Of a stretch of 64,000 nt of DNA, positions 36,705-48,965 are shown one piece after another. The notes below the pieces were generated by a model. The model made no database searches and was not told the origin of the DNA. It worked only from the letters and a program-made list of their open reading frames with translations. The stretch is from Hypanus sabinus (lineage: Eukaryota). Position 1 is the first letter of the stretch. Each line of letters opens with the position of its first letter. The position numbers were made by a program, and so were the translations under genes. The DNA is taken from NCBI RefSeq assembly GCF_030144855.1, contig NC_082710.1:34038001-34102000 (forward strand), read 5' to 3'.

Positions 36705-39700
36705 GTAAGCATTTATAATTCCCAAACTTGTCCTTCGCACAGTTGGTTATTAAAAACAGTTACATTTTTGATAGGAAGATTTTCTCCTTTCGTTTTTGGG
36801 GTAGCAAGTTAAAGAAAGCCCTTGGCACATTGGATCTTCATAAATCAAAGTATTGAGTACAAGAGATGGGATGTTATGCTGAAGTTGTATAATACATTGC
36901 TGAGGCCTAATTGGAGTCTTGTGTGCAGTTTTGGTCACCTACGTACACAAAAAATGTAAATAAGGCTGGAAGATTACAGAGAAAATTTACAAGGATGTTG
37001 GCAGACCTGGAGGTCCTGAGCTATAAGGAATAATTGAATAGATAGGACTTTATTCCAGGGAACATAGAAGATTGAAGGGAGATTTCATAGAGGTATACTA
37101 AATTATGAAGGGTATAGATATGGTAAATGCAAGCAAGCTTTTTCCACTGAGGTTGTGTGGGACTACAACTAGAGGTCATGGATTAAGGGGAAAAGGTGAG
37201 AAGTTTAAGGGAACATGAGGGGAAACTTCTTCACTCAGAGGGTTGTGAGTGTGGAACAAGCTGCCAGAGCAAGTAGTACATGCAAGCATGATTTCAACAT
37301 TTAAGGGAAGTTTGGATAGTACATGGATGTGGAGGGCAACGGTTGACAGGAGTAGGCAATTTAAATGGTTTGGCATGGACTAGATGAGTCAAAGTGACAG
37401 TTTCTGTGCTATATGTTTCTATGACTCTATTACGATTTTGTGAAGTGCATTCAGCCTCACTTTATAGAGAAGTCTCAATGAACTTTGCTACGTTTGTGTA
37501 ATTTTTGTAAACATATATGCATGTCCAATGCTTTTCTAATAAGAATAGACATATTCATTTTGGTTCAATTATTTAATTGATTATTGCCATGTGTGCCATA
37601 AAGGTATGGCATCTGCATGATTTATCACCAGTGTGTTTGCCCTTGCATAAGACCAAAAGACACAAGAGCAGAATTAGGCCATTTAGTCCATTGAGTCTGC
37701 TCCACCATTCAATCATGGCTGATTTATTTTCTCTTTTAATCCCATTCTCCCACCTTCTCCTCGTAACCTTTGACATGTTTACTAATCAACTTTCACTTTA
37801 GAGGGATGAGGGAGGATCTCATTGAGTTATACCAAATATTGAAAGGCCTAGATAGAGTGGATGTGGAGAGGATATTTCCAATCGTCAAGAGAGTTTAGAA
37901 GCAGAGTGCACAGCCTCAGAATACAAGAATGTTCCTTTCGAACAGAGAGGAGAAGGAATTTCTTTAGCCAGAGTGGTGAATCTGTGGAATTAATTGTTAC
38001 AGTCAAGATAATCATTCAAAAGGTCCCTTTCAGCCATCATATCCACTTACTGTTCTGTGCATCAAGTCCTATTGAATTGAACATTGAAATAAATTTCAAA
38101 GTAATTTTCACACTTTGTTACCTCGTAAAGACAATCAAGAATTCCAAACCAATGTAAATCTACTTTCATGATCTTTCTGACTATTGGAATAGTAGGTATT
38201 CAATATTTTTGGATTACCTTTGTTTGACAACTTGTGAACAAAAGTTTGATTTTTCTAATAATGGCATTGCATAGTCAAGATAGTTGACCAAATCAATTAA
38301 TTATAAGAATATCTCACAGGTTGTGTTTCCTTTCCTTATAATGGTAAGGATTCAAATATAATTGAGAAGCTATTGTTAGTATGTTTGGAAATATTTCTAT
38401 GAATGAATTGCATTACTAAAGCAGACCATTATTCAACAGGCATCCACTGATTTATTAAATGCTACCACATCACATTCATAGATAACATAGAGTACAGTCC
38501 ATACCAAACTGTTATTCTGCCGCATCCCATTGACCCACACCTGGATCATATCCCTCCATACTCCTTCCATCCATGTACTTATCCAAATTTCTCTTATATG
38601 TTGCAATCAACTCTGCATCCATCACTTCCACTGGCAGGTCGTTCCACACTCTCACAGATCTCTGAGTGAAGAAGTTACCCCTCAGGTTTCCCTTAAATAT
38701 TTCACCTTTCACCAATGATCACACACAACCTCACTGGAGAAAATCTGCATGCACTTACCCTATCTATACCCCTCATTATTTTGGATACCTTTGTTTTATT
38801 CTCCTATAATTCAGGTCTTCAAGTCCTAGCATGACCTTCGTAAATTTTCTCTGTAATTTTTCAATCTCATTGATATGTTTGAGAATGATACCTCTAATGA
38901 TGTGAGCTGTGACTCGGAGGTCCAGATTGTTAATAAGTTTAAGAAAGTTTTTGGACCAACAAAAATGTACAGATCAAGCAATACTAGGTGATCTATAAAT
39001 ATGTGATGAAGTAAAACGTCCACATCTTTCATCTGCTGTATAGAGACAATGCATTAACTGTAGAAATGTATTACTACTGTGATATTTTCTTCCACCTATC
39101 CAAATGTAGCCTTCTTCCCCTGATGGAGCAACCGTTAGACCATTTCCTAACTTTGACCCGGATGTTGATGCAGCTGCATTAAATAAGGCAATCAATGCAA
39201 AAGGTAAGAAGATTTTTAATTTTTCATCTGGCTTGATTTTAATATGTCAGCTTAGGTAATTACTAATTCCTTGAACTGATGTGAGTTCAGTCATTCTTCC
39301 AATGGTCTATTGACTGTGTATTGCTACTTGATACTGTTTTAAATGCAGCAAGTTCATTTGTCACAAGTTCAACCACAAAACTTCCTTGACCCCAGAGTCA
39401 TGCAGCACAGAAATAGACCCTTTGGCCCACTATTTTCATGGTAACCATTACGTATCCGTTAACTCTAATCTGGGCTAATAGCGTTGGTTCATAACCTTCA
39501 GTATCTTAGTGGTTTGGTTACTAGTCTCAATGGTATTTACATGTTGAGAGTCCTTGCCTCTACCTCCCTTACCTGATTCCAACACCCTTGGTGATATGTT
39601 CAGATCATCTCCAAAGCTAGCTCCTAACCTTGCCCAACACATATGTCTTCTGTAATTAGGTATCTATAATAGGGTAAGTTTTCTACTTTCATAACTATGT

Positions 39701-42700
39701 TCTTAATCTTGCACGCTTGTCTCATGTTCTCCCTCAGCTGCACTTAATTGCAAGGAAAACATACCCAGTCTATCCAGCTCTGTCTCGTAAAGGAAATGCA
39801 GTGCACCCACATCCTTCCTGTAGTATAGTGACCAGAATTCTTCTGCACCAAGGACACTCTGTTCTTTGGTCCTCCCTAAGGACCTGCCTTTCAATGCTTA
39901 TTTAAACCTTGTTCATCCTCCCAAGGTACATCAGCCTCACACTTATCAGGATCAAATTCCACCAGCCATAGCTGTAAACCAAATCTTCTGAAATGTTTGT
40001 ATTAATTTTTCAAACAAAGATTGGAATTTTTCCAAAAACCTTGTGGTGTCTTGGTACTAACTTGTGGAATTTCTTCAGCCATTTTGATTGGAATCTTCCC
40101 TTGTCTTCTAATTTATGGATTTCTTTGACTGTCATTGCATGCTGATTTTAAGGTGTGGATGAAGATACAATCATAGACATTTTGACAACACGAACTAATT
40201 GTCAGCGGCAACAAATAGCAGCAGCTTATCAACAGGCTGTTGGAAAGGTCAGTTATTTCTTAAGCTGGTCTTGTCGAGGTAATGTTCACAAACCAGAATT
40301 AATTCATTGATTTCATTATGTAATTTTTTACATAGAGACTGATCATTTGAATATTTTTATCTCCTCCCAGCCACTCAAAGAAGTCATTAGGAGCAAGCTG
40401 TCCGGGAAGGTGGAAGATGTGGCTCTTGGTCTGCTGAGAACTCCAGCTCAGTATGATGCATATCAGCTAAATTGTGCTATGAAGGTAATCATTTCAATAA
40501 CTGTATTTGATCCTTTTTTTCCAGAAAAAAAATCCTTAATCTTTATATTGAAACTTCTTGCAGCTAATGGACAATATACTTGCGTGGTCAACAAAACAAA
40601 TTTTCTGGACTTTACTGGGAGTTTTTCCACTTTTTTAGGACACCCATACAATGACCTTTGCTCAGAAGCTGCCATTGGCAATATATATGAAAGATGGACA
40701 CTACTTTTCCCGTATTTGGGAAATTTGCAGAGCCTCCTCATCAGCTTTGCACAAAACTCATTTCTTTCACTGAGTAGGTGTACAGCTAATGGCCTTCCCA
40801 GGATGTGCATACTTATCTAAATTTTGTTTCTTTGTACAACTTTTTGTAGCGTTTACAATACTTTGCTTTTCTGGCGTTTCATTTAATCACTGGGTAAAAC
40901 TGAAATGGGAATCTAAATTTTAGCACTTTTAAAGAGGCACATTAAATGTGTCCATTATCTTACGAGGGGTGATTGTTAAGTTTGTGGCCTAAGGTAGAAG
41001 GAGATGAGTTATACAGGTCTTGTTACATACACATGCAAGTCAACTCTGAGTGATTATACAGAAAGTTTAAAGTTAATAATCTCCATCTACCTTAGGCCAT
41101 GAACTTATCAATCACCCCTACCGTGGACACTTTCTGGAGGTCCAAGATCCATATGCTCCACAACCGCTGGACTAAGTGTGTAAATATAGGAGGAGACTAT
41201 GTTGAAAAACAAATGTGCTAGGTTTTCACGCACTTGTCGATCACCCCTCGTATCTTAGTGGGAGAGGAGGGAGAGGGACTTGAAGTTTAAGACAGACCGT
41301 GCACTTTCACTCAATCATCTTGCCCATTTAGTGGAATGGTTAAAAATTACCAATACCCTATGGCCATCGATACTGTATTTTAATTTCTTAACAGTTGAAA
41401 GTTTGTTGGTAAAGGAACAATTTATTTTTACAGAATAGAGGAAATTCTTGGCAAATATAGATCAGAGTGAATTGAACGTACAGATTAAGAAATGAATAAG
41501 TATAATGATAGAATACATGACGGCAGTCTAGAGAAAACCAACGAGTTTACTGCCAATTAAATCATGGAATAAAATTTTGTTAGTGGAATTTGCTGAGATG
41601 AGCCTTGCAATTTAGAAACACAATCTATCTTTGATTCAATCCTCCAAACTATGCAGGATATATTAATTTTCAACTTTTTGTATTGATAGGGCTTGGGTAC
41701 TGATGAAGATACTTTGGTGGAAATACTTGTAACCAGGGGCAACAAGGAGAAAAATGACTTGATTAAAGCCTACCAAGAAGGTAATGTATTTGATCTTGTG
41801 TGCTTGGGGGACAGTTTAGGACATTGGGGAGTGGAACTTCATTTACATTTTCAACACCATTTTTTTCCAGAATTTGGCAGTGATCTGGCAAAAAAAATAA
41901 AAGGTGACACATCTGGAGCATTTCAAAAGGCTTTGCTCATGCTACTCGAGGTAATAAAAACCACATTTTACTCCGTTCAAATGTCTTTTCAATGCTACTG
42001 TATTTTGTATTTTGGATTGTATTCACCAAATAAGAAAGCAATAATTAACTGTCCAATGTTAAGCAAGGCAAACAAAAGTTTCCCTCATTGACATGATAAA
42101 AGCATTTCTCAAAGCTATCTAAAATTTCCCTGAGATACAATGAATTGTCTTAAACAACTAGTGTATTTTCTTTAGCTGAAGGCAGAAGAATCTGTTGTTT
42201 GGATTTGATTGCAATGGTTAATGTTAATATTTCTATGTCTGGATGATATGTGACCTGCACCACCAAATTCAGGACCAGTTGCTACTCTTCAACCATCAGG
42301 CTCCTGAATGAGTGTGGATAACTTCACTGAAGTCTGCATGGATTCCGCAACCAATTGACACACTTTCAAGGATTCTACAACTCCTGTTCTCAGCATTATA
42401 CCTTTATTTTTATTTTGAAATTTGTCTTCTTTTACACTTTGGTTTTTTTGTCAGTCTTTGTGTGTAGGTTTACATAGCTTCATTTATGTCTCTGTTCTGT
42501 GAATACCTGCAACAACTAAATTTCAAGGTAGTATATGGTGACATACACATAGTTTGATAATAAATTCACTTTGATCTTTGGGGGAAATGAAGCTTGTGGT
42601 CCCATGTGCCCTATTTCCCTGGTCATTGATGTACAAGTGTTGTTGGAATATTCTTTGAGTAATTCACTGTTTTTGGTAACTGTACTGTGGTGTGACGGCT

Positions 42701-45700
42701 GAATAAGAAACTATATGAGTTAACAATAAAGCACTATTTTAATTTGCCAAGCTGCATTCATCCATGAAGGTAGAGAGTATTCCACAGTGCTCCTGGTTTG
42801 TCTTGTAGATAATGCAAGACTTTTTCAAGTCCATAGGAAATTTTAAATTATAAATTGGGTGGGAGAAAGAATTATCATAAACAGGAGTTTGCACTTGGTC
42901 CTAGTATAATTTAAATATCCTTATTGCACAGCAAACGTATTGTATAAATATAGCTAACTCCAAAAGATATGAACATAAGATCCTGGAATGCCCTGCCTTT
43001 TAAGAAAATGGTTGAATATAATTCCCACTGAAAATAGATCTTGCTGGACTGTTGAGTATTCCTTATGTTCCCAGGCCCTTCGGGATATTTGTATGTGAGG
43101 GGGTAAGGGGTTAGAAAAGAAATAAAGATTTACTTTCATTTGAATTACAAAATGCAGAATTACAGTACCCATCTGACTTGACTGTCAACTAGAACAGCAA
43201 AGTAAATGTTACAATTGACATGAAGATACTATAGCCAAGTTCCTCTAACCTGTATTGTCCTTCCCATAAAAGATGTGTATATGAATTCATTACAAATAAT
43301 TGTTATTTCTTTCCCCATTAAATAACTGGCAATTGTGCATTAACTATTTAAGGGCTGCTTGTACCTTTTCTATGATCCTCTGCAGCTATTTTGAGGATTT
43401 TTAAACTTCAAGATGACTAAATTATATGTACACTCTGTTTTCTTGGAAGGAAATTGATATTTGATAAAGACTTCAATTATGCATTTTAATTTTAGTGGTA
43501 CTGAAGCTTCACTAACCAGAAAGTCATGTGGGTTCCCTCTGGGTGCTCTGGTTTTCTCCCACGTTCTAAAGATATTACATGGTGCAGGCTTGTTGGCCTG
43601 AAAGGGCCTGTTGATATGCTGTATTTCTAAATAAAAATCTCCTTAAACCTCAGGCAACCAAAGATGAAAGTAATGAAGTGGATCATGATCTTGCTGATGA
43701 TGATGCTAGGGTAAGTTGAATGCATTTCTCAAAATTCAGACTATTTTGGTTAAAACTATTGAAGCAACTGAAAAACAAAACTATGTCCTTTATTTAGGCT
43801 TTGTATGAAGCTGGTGAAAAACAGAAAGGGACAGATATTGAAACATTCGTTAAAATTCTGTCGAGCAGGAACAATGAGCATCTAAGAACTGGTAAGATTA
43901 CATCAAAACATCAACATACTAAGGTATCTGGCTCAACTATGTGTTCACTGTTTGATGAGTATTGGGTTACTAAGTACCAAGTTTTAAATCTGTGTGCTCA
44001 AATTTCAAGCAGTGCAAAGGTCCCTTATTTGTGGCATGTACTGATGCACTTGAGTTATGATGTGATAAGAGTTGGACGTGCTGCAGGCAAGTTCCAATTT
44101 ACAGTATTCTCTATACAATTCACAGCCCAAAATGAAAATCTCTCATTGTTCATTTACCTCAGCATTAACGTTTAAGACCAGAAGACTCAGGGGTAAGAAT
44201 TAGGCTATTTGGTGCATTGAGTCTGTTCCACCATTTCCTCCTGGCTGATTTATTATCCCTCTGTAAGACATCTTAATTCAGATTTTTACCAAAGAACAAA
44301 GGCTGTTTAAATCTTGATTCACTCTTGTGTGATTCCACCCACAGTGTTTCATGGGTATAATGGTAAACATAAGACAAAGCACTGTATAATTTACATAATA
44401 TCAGTCAGAAAAAGTGACTGCAATACTTTTTCTAGGAAAAGGAAGATGAATTTGTAGGAACTTTCAAATTTGTGAAAAATAACATTCCTTCATGATACTG
44501 TTTGAAAGATTAAAGTGCGTGCAAAGTAAAATAGCTCTGATGTGATTGCTTATTGTTCCTAGACTTTGAAACTTCCTAGACTGGTATTGGAGAATTTGTT
44601 TGGATGAACAGTTTGACCAACCCTACATTTGAATAAATCTTTAATACTTGCCTTGAAACATTTTCCAGATTGTATATTGCATCCAATTTATAATTGGGTT
44701 ACATATGCAAGACTTGAACTTTGAAGTGTTTAAACTAAAATATAGCAAGACCCTGACCTATAAATTTGTACATTAGGATTTAAAAAAATAATTTCATGCA
44801 TCAGTGAGAAAACCTAGTCACTGTCCTTTCTTTTCGTCTTAGTGTTTGAGAGGTACACAAAGTACAGTCCAAATGATGTGGCCAAGGCCTTGGATCTTGA
44901 GCTGAAAGGGGACATAGAAAATTTACTAATATCTTTGGGTAAGTAAATCTAGAAGCTGTGCTAATCAGTTTAAATATTATCCAAGTGAAATTTAACTACA
45001 TTGTAGTGATAGTGCTTTTAGATTTACCAATGGTTTCTTTGTTGGTACTCATTAAAAAAAACTCTTCAAAAGTGAGCCCAATCCATATTTCTTTTATTCG
45101 CTCACCAATCACATCAAACACCAATGGTATTCAGCAAACACTTCATGGAAGTAGTGCTAATTTAGAACTAATGCTCAGCTGCTGGTAATTGGATATGGTG
45201 CATAACATTCAATGTGAATTTTAATGATCATGTTTGGAATGGAAGCATCACATTGTTAAAATGGGTTCCACTATTCTGTAATTAGTAGTAGGCTTTTGAA
45301 TATGTACAATTATACATATTTACCCATCCTTGCTAGAACATTACATTTTGGTGCATGATCGTATGTAAATCTCTGCTTTCAGAAATAACTCTGATTCCTG
45401 TCAGACTAGAATGCAGGCAAACTGGCTCAGCTGCAGGATGTTGGCCGTGATCAAGGGCAAGTTGAAAAATGTACTGAGAGAAATCTTACGTTCTATTTCA
45501 GGAATTTTACACAACCATACATTTGAAAAGCAACTTATCCAGCAGTTAAAGTTGCTTCCATTGATGTGCAATGCATTGAAAAATATGGAACTTGTATCAT
45601 TTGGGCTAAGTAGTGCTACAATTCAATTTTCTGAAAACTTGCTCTCACTATGCATTCCCATTAAATACAGCACGTATGTAAAAGGCTCAACCTTAAGAAT

Positions 45701-48700
45701 GGTTAATAATAATCCAAAACTAAAGAATTGACAAATTTTACATCAGCTCAAAGGCAAAATATTTGAGTACTGAAGCTGGAAAGCTAGTCTATTTCCTTGA
45801 CAATCAGTGTGAATCAGTTTCAAGTAGTATTTCTGAACTGAGACTATTTGTACCACCTCTGTAGAATGGGTAATATTAAAGCTAGCATAGAGTTAATAAA
45901 TTGAACAGCCACCAAATGTTTTAAGGAAATGTATGAAATTAAGTCTTCACACCTTCCTTTATTGCTGAGTGGAAAAGTTTTTGGAAGATGGCAGCAAACA
46001 ACAATTTCTCTAGATTCATTTCTTTGCCACAGCAAAATATTATGTAATAGCAGCACTGGGTGGATAGGAGGAAATCTACTTAGCTTCATCAGGAATTGGA
46101 AACTCTTTGTATAATCAATTCTCTGATTAAACATACCATCACATTTGGGTTCATCAATTTGGTGACTTATCCAAATTCCATTTTGAGAGGTGACACCAGA
46201 CTGCAGATATTGGTTGCTGAGGGGGAATAACTGGATAAAGAAATTGGTGGGTCAGCCAGCATCTGTAGAGGAAAAGTTAACATTTTGGGTCAAGACCCTG
46301 TATCAGGACTGATTGTCTAAAGTGGTAAGGGGCCGTGCCCTGGAGCGTATTGAAGCGACACGGCCCAAGTCCGAGAGCAAGGAACAATATGGCTTCTTAC
46401 ATTTGGCCAACTTAAGCGCTGGGCCAAATTGAAAAGATCAGGATGTTGAGGTTAGAGGAGAGGGATGGGCTGATGTTCAGCATACTGCTTGGTGAGGTTT
46501 ACTTGTCTCTGCACTGAAGCTGTGGCTTGCAACTAATGGGCCCCTGAATCAGCTGCAGTGATGACCAGCTGCATGGCTGTGGACTCACTTTCATGAACTT
46601 GTATTGGTTACATGTTTTTTTCCCCTGCAGATTGTGTGTTTGGTGGTCTTTTTTGTTAATGGGTTCTTTTGGGTTTCTTTGTTTTGTGGTTGCCTGTAAA
46701 GAGATGAAACTCAAGGTTGTAAATAGTACGCATACTTTGATAATAAATGTACATTGAACTTTGGTGAGAGGGAGGTGCATGCAGGAGCTGGAAGTGATGG
46801 GTGGAATAAGGAGAGGGGAATGAGGGATAGATGGAATCAGGCAGGGGACAGTAGAGGCTTTTACCTGCCAGCATCTGCTTTGCCTCTCACCATTGCTACT
46901 TTATACATACTCGGTCCTGATATAGGATCACGACCTGAAATGTTGTCCGTTCCTCTGCCTCCACAGATGTTGCCTGATGCACCTAGTTTCTGCAGCAGTT
47001 TTCTGTTTGTTCAACCTTTAGATATTTGCCAAAGTAAGTGGTAGTTACAAGCATTGAGAGATGATTCCCAGTATAGAAATACCACAGTTCCTAAAGCCTG
47101 CATTCCAATTCTATAACAAAGTTTGTTGTATCAAAAGGAACTTGAATTTTATAGTAACGTCACTTTTTTTTTGTACATAGTGAACTGCATTGGCAATAAA
47201 CCAGCCTACTTTGCTGATAAGTTGCAACAGTCAATGAAGGTGAGTGTGCCAAGTAGTTGAGAAGCAACAGGTAGATTACTGAAAGGTATAGTAGACAAAT
47301 TAAGCCCATAAGATTAAAAGGGCCTGTAGCATCATGGTTGAAAAATAAATCACCAAATAGACAGCAGGTGCTGGTAATTTTAAAAAAGATGCTGGAAACA
47401 TTCATCAGGTTAGACAGCATCTGCAGAATGTACCGTGATGTCAAGGATCTTTCATCAGAAATGGCAAAATAAACTAATTAACTTCATCTGCAGATAAAAT
47501 TAAAAAAGGAATGGATGGATTACACAGTGACCCTCTCTAAAATGAGGTTAAAACTGCTTTGGTTGATGAAGCCATTCAATTGTTAGACTGATTGAGGCAG
47601 CTGGAGCAACAATGTAAATGCTGTTGAGGCTGGAGAAAATGGCCATCAGATAAGGCAGTGTCAATGAAGAGAAGCTGAGTAACTGTTAAAATAACTAACA
47701 GAAAAACTGGCCAGATCTAATGCAAATGTGTTACCTGGAATTCAGCTTGATAGCACAGGTAACTGCACTGTGCTCAAATAAAAGTTTGAGATGCTGCAAA
47801 AGTGTAGGAAGCCACATGCAGACCACAGTTGATGGAGAATTAGTGACTGGCAACTGGAAACTTAGTCATGCTTGCAGACTAATGAAGATGCTCTGCAAAT
47901 TATTCATCTGTGTGCTTTGTTCTCCAATGTGGGTTACATTACGCTCAGTGCAATACATTTAAATTGTTTTTGCAGACCATAGAGAAATGAAGTTTGGGGT
48001 TCAGTATTAGGACCATTGTTGCTTTTGTTGCATATTAATGATTTGTAAGTAAAGATACAATGCAAACATTAAGAAACTAGTTTGTGCAATAGCAAGACAG
48101 GCTACGTTTGATATAGAAAAGTGAGATTTCCCTAATGAGTCCAGGAAAAGACTTGCTGTGTTTAATTATGTACATTCATGCCTTTCTGGCACCTTGGAAA
48201 TTAATCCAAACTTATCTTATTTTTTGCATATTCAGGGTTACGGTACAAAAGATAATACTTTGATCAGAATTATAATTTCCCGTTCTGAAGTGGATTTGAA
48301 GGATATTAAAGTGGAATACAAAGCTAAATTTGGAAAAACCCTTTACAATGCCATCAAGGTAAGATGAGTTTTCACTTTTGCATTTGGTCTCTGATTCTGA
48401 CTTCTGGTCTGCAACACTTACCTTGTAACCCAGTGTATAAGGCAATTAGTCTGTGAGGGTGGGAGAACATAGGTATACAAAGGGAGTAGTAGTAACCTTT
48501 TCCCCTTTTCTAAAAAGTTTGCATTACATTGAAGTTTAAGCAGTATTCTATTGCATAGAGTATTGATTCAAGTATTTTAAGTTCAAGTAAATTTCATGAA
48601 ATGCAAGCTTAAATTAAATCTGCATGTAGCCATATATTTTACTTGTAATAATCTCCGATCCTTGGTCATAATATTGTTTTTTTTAAGACGACCTTAGTTT

Positions 48701-48858
48701 TCTGATTTGAGTATAAAACTATTTCAAATATGCTCAAACATGTGCTTATTAATGCTGGAATAAAAAAGGAATGCATTCCATTTTATTTTTCTCTACAGGA
48801 GGAAACGAAGGGGGATTATGAGAAAATCCTGCTGTCGCTCTGTGGAAGCGATGAGTAA
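36651..48858 (+). CDS. ANXA1: Annexin A1-like, complete CDS, 338 aa; join(36651-36704,39110-39203,40153-40247,40371-40484,41690-41780,41871-41950,43654-43710,43798-43891,44843-44938,47181-47239,48236-48358,48799-48858)
   Basis: 12 GT-AG exons join in frame to 1017 nt. Four annexin repeats ([29 protein letters not shown]). Internal exon sizes 95/114/91/80/57/94/96/59/123 match the ANXA1 gene structure. Orthology versus paralogy is unresolved (see findings). Confidence 0.93.
36825..37430 (+). mobile_element. CR1 3' fragment in annexin intron 2
   Basis: [21 protein letters not shown]-like decayed C-terminus and tail TTTCTATGACTCTAT. Confidence 0.8.
38480..38880 (-). mobile_element. CR1 3' fragment in annexin intron 2
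   Basis: Minus-strand ORF 38512-38715, [25 protein letters not shown]. Confidence 0.85.
39110..39203 (+). CDS. ANXA1: Annexin A1-like exon 3 ([32 protein letters not shown])
   Basis: AG|CCT start, AAAG|GTAAGA donor, 94 nt. Homologous to ANXA1 [24 protein letters not shown]. Confidence 0.93.
40153..40247 (+). CDS. ANXA1: Annexin A1-like exon 4 ([31 protein letters not shown])
   Basis: 95 nt, AG/GT boundaries, annexin repeat I. Confidence 0.96.
40371..40484 (+). CDS. ANXA1: Annexin A1-like exon 5 ([38 protein letters not shown])
   Basis: 114 nt; acceptor CTCCTCCCAG, donor GTAATC. Confidence 0.96.
40963..41250 (+). mobile_element. Mariner-derived MITE in annexin intron 5
   Basis: TA TSDs (40961-40962, 41251-41252), TIR CGAGGGGTGAT / ATCACCCCTCG, and internal [15 protein letters not shown] (mariner transposase C-terminus). 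Confidence 0.9.
41690..41780 (+). CDS. ANXA1: Annexin A1-like exon 6 ([30 protein letters not shown])
   Basis: 91 nt, endonexin fold of repeat II. Confidence 0.96.
41871..41950 (+). CDS. ANXA1: Annexin A1-like exon 7 ([27 protein letters not shown])
   Basis: 80 nt; acceptor TTTTTTCCAG, donor GTAATA. Confidence 0.95.
42245..42580 (+). mobile_element. Rex/Babar-type 3' UTR fragment in annexin intron 7
   Basis: CACCACCAAATTCAGGACCAG...ACCATCAGGCTCCTGAA and tail TTTGATAATAAATTCACTTTGATCTTTG. Confidence 0.7.
43525..43637 (+). mobile_element. V-SINE (HE1-like) remnant abutting the exon 8 acceptor
   Basis: V-domain GTGGGTTCCCTCTGGGTGCTCTGGTTTTCTCCCA and CR1-like tail GGCCTGAAAGGGCCTGTT...TGTATTTCTAAATAAAA, as in the full copy at 49045. 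Confidence 0.8.
43654..43710 (+). CDS. ANXA1: Annexin A1-like exon 8 ([19 protein letters not shown])
   Basis: 57 nt (ANXA1-type length; ANXA2 has one more codon here); donor GTAAGT. Confidence 0.92.
43798..43891 (+). CDS. ANXA1: Annexin A1-like exon 9 ([31 protein letters not shown])
   Basis: 94 nt, repeat III. Confidence 0.96.
44843..44938 (+). CDS. ANXA1: Annexin A1-like exon 10 ([32 protein letters not shown])
   Basis: 96 nt; [10 protein letters not shown] is ANXA1-type. Confidence 0.96.
46195..47010. mobile_element. Penelope-derived inverted-arm element in intron 10, with a nested Rex-tailed element (about 46325-46762)
   Basis: Left arm CAGCATCTGTAGAGG...GACCCTGTATCAGGACTG and right arm GGTCCTGATATAGGATC...CCTCCACAGATGTTG are inverted. 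The insert ends in TTTGATAATAAATGTACATTGAACTTTG. Confidence 0.65.
47181..47239 (+). CDS. ANXA1: Annexin A1-like exon 11 ([20 protein letters not shown])
   Basis: 59 nt; donor GTGAGT. Confidence 0.96.
48236..48358 (+). CDS. ANXA1: Annexin A1-like exon 12 ([41 protein letters not shown])
   Basis: 123 nt, repeat IV. Confidence 0.96.
48799..48858 (+). CDS. ANXA1: Annexin A1-like exon 13, coding part ([19 protein letters not shown])
   Basis: Acceptor TTTTTCTCTACAG; TAA stop at 48856-48858. Confidence 0.96.
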   Translation, partial: EETKGDYEKILLSLCGSDE

Positions 48859-48965
48859 TGTATGTTGATCCAGGGCAGCTCCCATTTTGATGTAAAGATG
48901 ACAAAGCAGTGAAAATGACTTGGCGTTGTGGAATCAATACTGTATATCAAGTCGTAACAGGGCCA

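Noticed and set aside
40347-44175. ORF-track proteins of 124-157 aa as separate annexin genes
   Set aside because: They are single exons of the one annexin gene read through into introns.
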